From Octopus bimaculoides (taxonomy: Eukaryota), in NCBI RefSeq assembly GCF_001194135.2, contig NC_068982.1, positions 185,586,066 through 185,649,809 on the forward strand: a DNA stretch of 63,744 nt. The letters run 5' to 3'. Each line of letters begins with the position of its first letter. Position 1 is the first letter of the stretch. Of this stretch, positions 11,901 through 24,308 are shown in pieces. The position numbers and the translations under genes were made by a program. Below the pieces are notes generated by a model that made no database searches, was not told the DNA's origin, and was given only the letters and a program-made list of their open reading frames with translations.

Positions 11901-14900
11901 AATAGTTAATCCTAACTCAAACACTATCTAAAAGCAAACATTAGCAATAACAGGTTATTGGAAATTAGGTTAGAGTCTATAACTAACTCCTGAAATTTTT
12001 TGGCCTCATCCTTTAGGTTTCATAACTTTCTTTGAAGAGTTTGATCTTTGCCTCAACATATCTCAGTTGAGTTTTTCTTGTTGTTACAAACTGACTTACA
12101 GAAGGCTCAGAAATAGTGATCAAAATACCCCCCCCCCCTCACCGCCACCAACACCACCAACTACACCCTTGCCACTAAACGCCACACAACACCACTAAAT
12201 AACTATGAATAACTATTGCCAAAATATGTTTGCCTGTCAAAGTGACGAGGACCATCTGCTCATACTTAGGGATGAGTGTATGACTTGTGCAACGACTTTG
12301 TGTAAAGTGAAGTAGAGTAGCACACCGTCACCCCCACTCTCTTGTCCATGACAATCTTCAATCCAGAAGCAAAACAGTATAAAGACAACTGGAGATGGAG
12401 ACAGACACAGTGGATGACAAAGATGTCTTATTGCATCCTGCTCTCTGCACACCACAATTTGTTGTTGCAGTCACCTTTCCCTCCACTTGAACCTTGAAGG
12501 TTTCTTCCACAGAATCATCAGCTAAATTCAGTCTCCACATGCATAGACAGGCAAGCCTTAATATGCTAATTAACCCAGAACTTGAACCTGACAAGTGCTA
12601 CTACTTAAGGTCAGAGCAGACCTGGGTACAATAGTGGCTAAGAGGTGGTTCCACACTTCTCGGAGCCCTGGAATTTTCAAACCAGGGCTCCACTATCTGA
12701 TGCAGTTTAAAGTCATACCCAGGACACTGTTATCACTACCAATAGTACTCTCACTACAGCTGGTGTTACCATTACTATTATTACTACCATCACCACTACT
12801 GCTATCTGCAACTACATCATCACTTCTATTACAAATAATATCATCATGGATTACTCTAACATTACTACCTTAGTTAGCCCGCCTTACTGTTACAGTCACC
12901 AAGACAACTATTTAAACTGTTCTCTCCACTGAAAGAATAGTTAATTAGTCAATAATATCAGCAATTATCCCATTAGGGCACAGGAGTGGCTGTGTGGTAA
13001 GTAGCTTGCTTATCAACCACGTGGTTCTAGGTTCAGTCCCACTGTGTGGCACCTTGGGCAAGTGTCTTCTACTATTGCCTCGGGCCGACCAAAGCCTTGT
13101 GAGTTCATTTGGTAGACGGAAACTGAAAGAAGCCCATCGTATACATGTATATATATATATATGTATGTGTGTTTGTGTGTCTGTTTTTGTGCCCCCACCA
13201 TCGCTTGACAACCGATGCTGGTGTGTTTATGTCTCCGTAACTTAGCAGTTCGGCAAAAGAGACCGATAGAATAAGTACTAGGCTTACAAAGAATAAGTCC
13301 TGGGGTCGATTTGTTCGACTAAAGGCAGTGCTCCAGCATGGCCGCAGTCAAATGACTGAAACAAGTAAAAGAGTAAAAGAGAGAGTATTCTACTTAGCCT
13401 ATTAGAGTCGACAAAGTAACCCCCTCCTTCTACACTCAGGAAACAGTAACAAGAACATGAAAAATAATGAAATATAACAGTTTTACCATTGGCACAAGTT
13501 CACCTTTCTGCATAGTCTCATTGAGTTCCTTGCCTCTAGCTGAGCCAGAAGCAACTTCTTCACGAAGCATGTCTCCAGATGACAGGTGACAGAAGCCATA
13601 ATGCTGTACCAGTTTGGCACACATGGTTCCTTTACCACTACCTGGACCACCTGGATAAATAATGAAGAATTAATTAGTAGAGGACATAATTTGTTGTTAG
13701 TGGGGAAAAAAAGAAAACATTGTGTGAACAACTACAAGCAGGTGCTGTTCTTTAGCCCAAAGTCAACCTAACCTTGATCCAAGATAGCTAGGATCAAAAA
13801 CATTTCAGCTGTGATCACTGTTTTTTCAGACAAAGTGTATTTAGATCTACATTACCCAATGTGAACTTCCATTTTTAAGTGGTTATGATGAAGGGAAATT
13901 TTGCTGTTATTTCTAGCAGATTGAATGACCATGTAAAGAGACTCTCATTGCCTCAACTACAAACTGTTATAAATAATGTTATAACACCCTCTTTATACTC
14001 TGCCAGGAAAACAGACTTACCTTATGTAATGGTGTGTTAGAAAAGCTGGATAAATAAATCCTCAGACAGTTTTTAGTGATGTAACAGACTTAAATGTACC
14101 AATTTTACTTGGCTTTACCACTTGTCATAATTAGCTTACCTGTTTTGCTATCTGAAATGCCTGATGAACTCAATACATTCCTAATTTCAAACTTCAAATT
14201 CTAACTTGGCACTCAGTGACTCACTTAATCCAGGTTTCACTACACACACCTATCTAGAGTATAGTGAAGTCATATTGGCACCTCATACTTTCTGACCAGC
14301 TAAATCTGGTAAGTTATTAGTTTTTTTAAATCTTTATTATAAGGAAAAGTCAGACTGCCATTAACTGAAATGGCCAAAATAGTTTGGCAAGTACAAGACT
14401 GTGGAAAGGTTAACTCTTTAGCTTTCAGATTACTCTATCAAATTTAATGCTTTTTGATTCACACTGTTTTGAAGTAATCATGCATTATCTGGTAGCTTTA
14501 AGATTTTGATGATGTGGCTGCTTAGAATGACATTTGGCAGTAGGTGTGAGAGGCTGAACATGAAAGAAGTAGAATATTTGGGCTGGATATGGCCAGTTTA
14601 AATACTAAAGGGTTCAAGTTGTAAAAAAAGGGTACATACCCACAACAAAGATGACTTTGCATTCATCCAAGCAAGGTTCTGGAAATGAAATGAAAAGCTG
14701 AATGTAGCAAAACTTATCCTTCTTAGATTTGCAATCCATCCCAATCTTATTCACCACACATTTGTTACAGATATTAACCTGGGTAAGTCAATGGGAAGGA
14801 TGCTAACAGCTACGACATTGATCTTCATTTGCTTTAAAGAATTTACAACATCAAAAGAAAAATTTGTTTTTATTAGATGTTTGGCTTAAGGGCATCAAAT

Positions 14901-16341
14901 AGTTAGGGATAATTTGGTATTAAATCATAACTAGGACTAATACAGTTAACTAGCCAATTAGTTGTAAGCATCACAGTATGATATAATTCAATGTACTGTG
15001 TCCATGATCAAGACACTTAACAGTGCAATCTACCTAACCAAAGCTAGGCACTGTGTGGTGTAGTTCACTATCCTCTGTCCTTAATTAAGGCACTTAACTA
15101 TCAACAGTTCACTTAAATGGAAGCAGACACCATGACCAGAATACGGTCATACAACATTTAGTTCTATATATATCTACACTCTGAATTTAAATTCACAGTT
15201 ATATTTCATCTTGAAATGAAGCTGAAGTAAATACTAGAAATATAGTGTGTTGGTGATTGTGTGGTGATACAGTGTGAAACAATGTAGTGTATTGATATAA
15301 AGAGATGCAGAGTGGGACTATTTAACGCAGTAGTGTAGAATGGAGCAATGATAGTGTAGTTGTAAGGAGCGAAAAATATAGTGTAGATATGCAGAATGGA
15401 ACTGTAAAGTGTCTTGTACAACAGAGTAGTGTTGGCGTATACAATGTATTGCAGAGGTGTAGCATGCAACACTCTAATGCAGTGGGGTAAAGTGATTTAG
15501 TTGTTGCTACTGTTTACATCCTGCTCAACACTAACTGGATATGTCAATGATCATAGGCTTCCACTATGACCACCCTATCTAATAGTATATCCAGGGGTGC
15601 ATTTCCTGATGTATCCTTCCTTTTTCAGATGGTAAGGCATAATATCAAGGAGAATCAAAACGTTAACAAAATTCAGTTAATGAAATAAGGTTACACGAGT
15701 TACCTCCCTGTTTAACACCGTTTTCTTTATAATAAATACATCAACTGGCGTGCTCAATTACGGAAAGATGTTTTTAACTACCCTTACCTTTCTCTATACC
15801 TCAATTTTAATATCTTCAAGAAGGACAAATATATACTCACTCAGTTTAGGGCAGCACTCCTTGAAGACCATCTCCACTTGGTAAAATACTTCCTCGGGGC
15901 TACCTTCAGCTTTAATCTGCAATACACAATAGTTATATAATAAATATTTCTCATGGTACATGTTTGTAGTAGGTTAGACCTGCTAAGGAAATTTATTGCT
16001 TAAGTTATTTCTTTCAGATCACTTAGATTCCTGTAACAGTAGTAAGAATCTATATTTAAATCAGATCTTACAAAACAGTTTCTTTCTTATTTGGTGTATC
16101 TGTTTCCACACTATTTTTCAGTTTAAATATCTTTTTTCATTCTTATTTTCTTCTCAACAGATCTCTCTTTTGACCCTGCTCTCATCCTTGCTTCTCCTCC
16201 TTTCTCTGCCTCTCTTTTTGATATGTGTGTCTATGTGTGTGTATTCATACAGAATGAGAATGCATTTGCCCTCAACGATGCATTAGTAACATGGAAAAGT
16301 TACCAATGTAGGGTTATTGAATGAGAAAAATGCAGAGAGAG

Positions 16342-16406
<65 letters not shown>

Positions 16407-17966
16407 CTTATGTATATCCAACTGAGAGACAAGCCCCTGAAATTGACAGTTATTTTACTTCATTAAACAGGCTTTCATGGGTTGGAAGGGTCATTCCCAG
16501 TCTGAGTCCATTCTTATTTTTGTTGTTGCCCCCATCTCTAGTTAAGCTGGGGACCGCATTCCACTCATAAATTCTACTTTAGGTATGATTTCTGCAGTTG
16601 GATGTCCTTAATACCAACCACTTACAGAGTGTACTAAGTGCATTTTATCATGGCACAAGTACTAGTAAACCCTTCAGATTTTTGCATGTACACTGTTTCA
16701 TCTCACTCACCATATTCTCTATATAATATTTAATCTTTAACACCTAAACTCTCTGTAAAATGTCTCATCTGCCACCAATTCTTTAAAAAGTGCATAAACA
16801 ACGTTGGACTATATAATCACTGCTTTACATCCATTTCTCTTCAACTAGTTGATCAATAAATAACCTAACAGCATTGTTTCCTCCCTTGTTTCGTATCATG
16901 ATATAAATTAAACTAAGGGGGTAACATCAATTTATAACTGAATTCTCTCCCCTGTTAATATTTTTTTCTGTCTTTTTTTTTTTTGTGTCCTGCGTATTTT
17001 TCATATTTCCTTTCTAGTCCTCAATGTTCAACTTTTGATAATAACATTCTGAAGTCCATTAACGTTTCAAGACCTTCTCAAAATCGTCATCAGAAAGAAA
17101 TGACGATAGTGGTGCGTTGTTGGCAACAGACGATTATAGGACTAACGTTATAACTGAAAAACAAAAAAATCCTTACCAGTAGATTTAAAATTGCTGTATT
17201 TATATGTTAATTTTTCGTTTGTAATTTGCAATTGTAGTAGATCATATTTCGTGGTGGCTGTAATGCTGGTGGATCTCAAAACCCCATTTCTATTTACATA
17301 CAAAAATGTAGCCTCAGAACATTTTAGAATATCTTGCCATGTTCTTATTTAACCAAAGATATCTTAACTGCAGTTCAGGCAATGCTTTACAGTGGATTCT
17401 TAGAGGATATTCTCTTATTTCTTCCTCTTGTGTATATATTTGGCAAACTCACATTCTTAGAATCTCTTTTATACACAGGAACAATATATACCACAAAGAC
17501 ACACTTGTATAATTATCAATATATTCGTATTTCTGTTCTTTTGTACTGAACTTTCCTTCAACTTACTATAACATTTTTCTGATAGAAAAAAGAATATTTA
17601 GAATGAAAATGGAGATTTAAAAAGATAACAGTATCTTATTTTTCATCATGATTATTCTCTTCTGTTTTACATTCTGTAACTCCTAATTCTATTTGATGAC
17701 TCATTGATAATTTCCTAACATCCAATTCTAGATTATCTTTGATGACCCAGCAAAAGAACTCGCATTTTCACCTGGAACAAGACACATTCATTTATCATAA
17801 TAATTAGTGAAATAACTTTTGAACTGGAATCAAAGCAACTTTTCTGTTTCATAATGACACACTATGAACAGATATATATAGATATAATATCTCTGTCTTA
17901 TTAACTCTCTAAATGAGAGTTGGAATTATATTACTATAGAAGCCCAACAAGGACACACATATTCCA

Positions 17967-18000
<34 letters not shown>

Positions 18001-19796
18001 GGAGGCCTGATGAGGACAAAACACAATAAAACACACCAGTGCCTTGTGACCTTGGCAAACTGTGCTTCTGTTATTTTCATCACTGACACAACAAATGCAT
18101 ATTGACTATCTTCTTTTTTTCTTTAAGGTCAGGTTCCAACTCAGGTCACAGCAACAAAGTCCCCACACCAAACTTCTTGGTCCGACATCACTGGATAGGT
18201 TCTTGGCCCGTGTCTGTGATTGAGTTGTTGATATAAGTGTGACAATATTTTCCTCTATTTATAACATTATGAAGTGGGTTCCACTAGACTAATTCATGGA
18301 TTTCAGCAAAGTGTTTGACAGCATCCATTATGACAAAATGTTGAAGATCCTTCGAACATATGGCATTCCAGAAGAAATAGTTCTTGCCATTGCAAAGACC
18401 TACAAGAAAACCAGAGCTTGTGGGTTGTCATCTGATGGAGAAATGGAATACTTTCAAATACTAGTTCGGGTGCTACAAGGAGACACACTTGCATCTTACC
18501 TGTTTGCAATTGTATTGGATTATGCAATGTGGCAGGCTATAGACAACAGTGATGAAGATCTTGGTATTGCCATTGATCAGCAAAGATTGTGGAGAGTACC
18601 AGCAGTAACGATCACAGACCTGGACTTGGTAGATAATATAGCACTCATATCTAATGAAATAGATCAAGCATAAAAGCTGTTCAGCAAAGTAGAAACATCA
18701 GCTGCCAAAATTGGACTGCAAATGTCAAGAAAATTGAATACATGTCTTTCAACCAATCGTGTGATGCTGAACACTTTGCTTTGAGTGGCTCCAAATTGAA
18801 TGTTGTTGAAAACTTAAGTGGTTGGGTGAGCAGTTTGGAAGCAGGCATCAAGATCAAGAAGGAACAAGCATGGACAGCCTGTCACAGATTAAAGAAGGTC
18901 TGGAAATCCAAACTACTTGGATGAATCAAAATTGACTATCTGACTGACAATCAGTGTTTCTGACAATGTCCCCTAGGTGTCCAACAGATTATTCACTTCA
19001 AATGCGATAAAAGCAACAAATTAAAAAGCTGTCAGAGAACTTACAGTTTGTAATTTGTTGTTCATGGCATAGTATTCAAGTACTGGAGTGGTATGTTCAT
19101 GGAATGTCAGCAACCGTTTATTGATTGTCTCTTCATTATCATCGACTCGACCACTGGTCTTGGCACGGTCAAGTAACCGAGTTTTCATTGTCTCATCGGA
19201 TACATCAAAATTCAGCACAAATTTGCAGGAAGCAATCTGGATGTGGAAAAAAAAAACAAATGAAAATATAATATGTGGTTAGGGTGTCTGCAATGTCAGT
19301 TTGATACAGTTAGTGGGTAGATTAGTGAAGATTAGTATGGTAAAGGTTGGAACATTCTGGGTGCTAAGTAGATCACATATCGAAGTGTGAGAGGATTTTG
19401 GAGAAATTTACTGGAGAAATATGTATTAGTTTTGTATGTGATGAAGATGACACTGATGATGAATGCAGTCTTGTAGTGCACCTGAACATTGAATGCAATA
19501 AGTTAATAATAATAGTAATGATGGACAATGTATGAGTGTTCAGCTTCTACTGAATGACCAGCACAAATGATTTGTTTATAGAGTTCAAATGTATGTGTTG
19601 TACATTAGCTTACTCTCTCCATCAAACTGCCTGAACAGGTGCATGGCATATAATATGAGATGAAGTGTTTTGTTCAAGAACACAGTGATCCAGGAATTGA
19701 AACCATGATCTCACGATTGTAAGTGGAACACCCTAATTACTGAGCCATGCATCCTCACAATAGTAGTATTAATGATGATAATAATAATAATAATAA

Positions 19797-19864
<68 letters not shown>

Positions 19865-22409
19865 ATAATAATAATAATAATGTTTTAAAAGGATTGATGT
19901 AACTCTTCACAAAGGTAAATAGACAATATGAAGAGTGTGATGTGATTGCAGTACATATTTTATTGGTTGAAAGATATTTCGACAGTTAGCCTGTCTTTGT
20001 CAAGTTCAAAATAAAAAGTGATAAAAATTGAAAATTATAGAAATTCAAATCTAAAATATGAATGAGAGCAACTAGTGTCCCCATGTTGATGGAATGACAT
20101 CACCAGTTGTCAAACTTGAAGTTTACAACTGGCAAAAAGAAAAGGAAAAAGAAGAAGAATATTTAATCAAATAGTTTTGCGTAAATATGATGAAATTCTC
20201 CTGTCATTTCATTCATTCCTCCAGGGCGTGATAACCCACAAACATATTTCTCCTCATGCATTTTGAGTACTGAAAGTGTAGCAAATTCAGAATATTTTCT
20301 GAGAATATGCACTTTCAAGACTTTTTTAAAATTGCAGCCATTTGATGCAAAATGTTCGGCAAGTTCTGTCGAACTACTGCTATTGCACCTGACGTCATAT
20401 CTGTGCCCATGGAATTTTTTGTTTAATTGTTCTGTAGTACAACCAACATAAATCAAGTTGTGTTTTGTGCATTCTGCTGCATACACCAAATGGGAATCTT
20501 TACAGGTCCTCCCTTCTGTGTAAATTATAACATTTCTGTTAAGATTCCTGATGGAATTCACTTGATTCATTTTGTTGCTGGGCTTACCTCTCTTGTGGTT
20601 GTTTTTCAAGGTACAGCATGCAGAAACTCCAATGTTAGTTTTCTTGGAGTCAGAAGTAGAGGTTAATAGTTCTCTTATAATTTTATTTTGTCTAAAGGCT
20701 ACAATAGGTGGCTGAAGAAATTTTTGTTTGAAATCAGCTTACGGCCATATTATGTTGAGAGCACCAGTTCTCGTCCGATCACTAAAGTTAAGCAATGCCG
20801 AGCTTAGTGAGTACTTAGATGGGTGACAGCTTGGGAAACCTAGGTGCTGTAAGCATCACACACTATGGTGTTAGGAAGGGCATCCAGCCGTAGAAACTCT
20901 GCCAGATCAGATTGGAGTCTGGTGTAGCCATCTGGTTCGCCAGTCCCCAGTCAAATCGTCCAACCCATGCTAGCATGGAAAGTGGACGTTAAATGATGAT
21001 GATGATGATGAACATGCTGGTAACTCTCATATAACACTTTTGAAATGACAGTGAAATTTTAGCACCAATTAATCACTAAAGGAATTCTATCACATATTGT
21101 ACTATATTTGTTAAAATTATGAGTGAAAGTTTGACTTTCTTTGCTAATCTTAACTTTGTTATTTCCTTTAATCATGATTTTCTGTAACTGTGTTTGACAT
21201 AATGGTGTACAAAAGCATTTACCTGTTTCCAGTAATCCCCTATGTCAGTACAAATCCATTTTATCCTCAAAAATTGGACTCTCAGGGGCCATACGAACCC
21301 TGGTTGAGAACCACTGCTTTATTTAATATCAAGGTCTGTCAAAGAGGATCCTAGTTCACACAGTTTCAAGGCATAATATATAATATGTAAACACATGCAG
21401 TAAATATATAATCTTGTATATCTAGGTGTGCCTTTTAAATGTTAGGAGTTGCACACTGTTTGTGGTCTTATTAGATTCTATAACACTGATAGTTTCATTG
21501 GGGTATGTGTTGGTTTGTGAGTTCACTGGCAGATCAAGCATAGGGGTTAACTTACCTCAGCTTCAAAACGCTTTCCCTGATCAAGTTCCCTTGGGTATCC
21601 ATCAATGAGGAATCCTCGGGAATTGGCAGCTCGGCTGAGCATGGCTTCCTTGATAAGTTCAAGTACAGTATCCTGAATAAGAAATAATGAGTAAAATATC
21701 AGTATGTGATATCAAATATACCAGAGGCGATGCTCAAATGAAGAAAAATGCAGAACTATACATAAACAATTATCTTAAGTTCTATAATGTGACAATATGC
21801 TTTTCTTGATTATCTATAATTTCAATTGAAAAACTACTCTTGAATTTACCACTATGTACTTTCAAAGTTAGATGCTACAACTGAGGAAAGCACTTCATGA
21901 AGGCTAACACTCAAGTGAATAAGAGTACATAAGAAATTTAAATGATTGTAAATGATTGGAAAGGAAATGATAAAGATAAATTAGATTCAAGAAGAGACTA
22001 ACAGAAGGAAACCAAAATACAGAATTAGGAATTGTGGATGTTTGTGTGTTGGAAATATTAGAGCTCTGTGGCTATTTGGATTAATACATTTTAAAGTAAC
22101 AACAAAATTGTAAGAAACAAACTCACCATAGGCACAAGCTTTCCTGTTGCCATGATGGCAGTGAGTTCTTTACCCCTGGCAGACCCAGAGGCCACTTCTT
22201 CACGGAGAAGGTCTCCGGATGAGAGATGGGTGAATCCATATTTGGATACAATTTTAGCACACTGGGTTCCTTTGCCACAGCCAGGTCCCCCTTTATTAAA
22301 AAAACGTTGGATAGAATTTATAATTAAATAATGTAGTAGAGATTATACAAACATAGATATATACATACACACATATATATATAAATCATCATTGGCTAGA
22401 ACTCGCTCA

Positions 22410-22455
<46 letters not shown>

Positions 22456-24272
22456 TTGGAAAAGGATGTGTGGCGTTCGATCATATAATGATATAAATAA
22501 TATATAAATATATGCATATATCCATACATATATGTAATACCTACATCTATATGTATACATACATGCATATATGGGTACAGGACCTCAAAAAAACGTCAAA
22601 CACAATGAGAAAAGGAAACATAGAAAACGAACATTTTTCGAACAACGAAAAAAAACAGAGAAACGAGACATGCAACATAAAGAGTATACCCCTTCGTCAG
22701 TTGTCCCTGTTTCATCTACTCCGCGTTTCGAAGGCAACGCGGGGTAGATGAAACAGGGACAACTGACGAAGGGGTATACTCTTTATGTTGCATGTCTTAT
22801 TTCTGTGTTTCTTTTTTTTCGTTGTTCGAAAAATGTTCGTTTTCTATGTTTTTGTTTCTCATTGTGTTTGACGTTTTTTTGATGTCCTGCTCTAGATGTC
22901 AGTAAAGCTTTTGGTCCATGTCTGGCATGCAAATCTCCTATCAAAACATGCTATCTATCACCCATCCATCTCTTATCTTTTGAATTAGTACCTTCTTATC
23001 TGATCACTCTCAATCAACTCTGGTTTTCATCAGAGTTTGGTCTTGTCTATTATTCTCTTCCTCCTATACTTCAATGATCTTCTTACCTCCACATCCAACA
23101 ATGCCAGCTATCTTATGCAGAAAACACAACCCTACGTACCTCTCTAACTTTCCCTAACCATGCATCATCTACATGCCAACCTTGCACTAATTCAATAAAC
23201 AAAGACCAGAGAAAATTCTTTCATGGGTGCCACGCCAACCTTGTTTCTTTTAACAGAAAAACTAACAAACCAAAAGCATTACTTATATGAAGAAAACATT
23301 GCCACATCACACGGCCATTAAATATAACTGGCTAGAGTTCTTCAAGTTACTCCAAATGCTGGGCCTCTCTATCACTGAGGATCTCTCCAGGAAAATACAC
23401 ATCCTTAACATAGTCAAGACTGCATCTCAAAGATTGATTCTCTCTTCAGAGCCAGAAAATATTTCAGCCCTCAACAGCTACTGACACTTTATAAGGCCCA
23501 TATATAGATATCACATGGCTTCCTTTGGTCAGAGCTGACCATGAGTAGTATCCTTGCTGTTTTCAACTCAGCTGAAGCAGTGTCTCCACTGGCTAAACAG
23601 ACCTATTCATGTGTGACAGTCTCTGTCACATGGAGCACATGTGTATATGGTTTTAGGTCTGTTGGAGTTACTGTTCTCCTTTTGCCAGGCTGCTGCTGTG
23701 TCCATTAACCTCTTTTTCTCTGACTTGAGGTGTTCATTCAGGGAGCTCCTCCATGTGAACACATGCTACATACATACATGCATATGTTTTACACACACCA
23801 GAAACCTATGTAGAAATATTGTGTACTTACCGATCACAAAGATGACAAAAACATTCTCCAAGGATGGAACTGAAACAAAATGTTACAGAGTGAATTTTTT
23901 AGGTTGGTAGTGCTTGTGAGAGTGGTATGTTATACCAATGTGTACTGAAGTACATTGAGGTATCTGTCTATGTACATGTGCATGTATATATGCATGTGTG
24001 TGCATGTATGAAATTTTTTATGTGACTGTGCAAGAAATAATTTGTTAAAGCTTGTGTATGTGTGTATGGGGTAGAATTTCTGTGACATACATGCATTCAT
24101 ATATGTGGTATACATAATCAGACATGTACATACCTACAATGCATGTATACATGCATTTTAGATTTTGTATATATCTATATATTTTATTGATTTATGAATT
24201 CACTTACCTTTATAGATATGATGGAAAAGAATATGTGCATGTATAAATTATGTACATACATACATACATACA

Positions 24273-24308
<36 letters not shown>

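Noticed and set aside
12237-12594. Minus-strand ORFs 12237..12455 and 12358..12594 in unique-looking sequence
   Set aside because: No homology to anything I recognise and not needed for the AK frame; possibly an old TE fragment.
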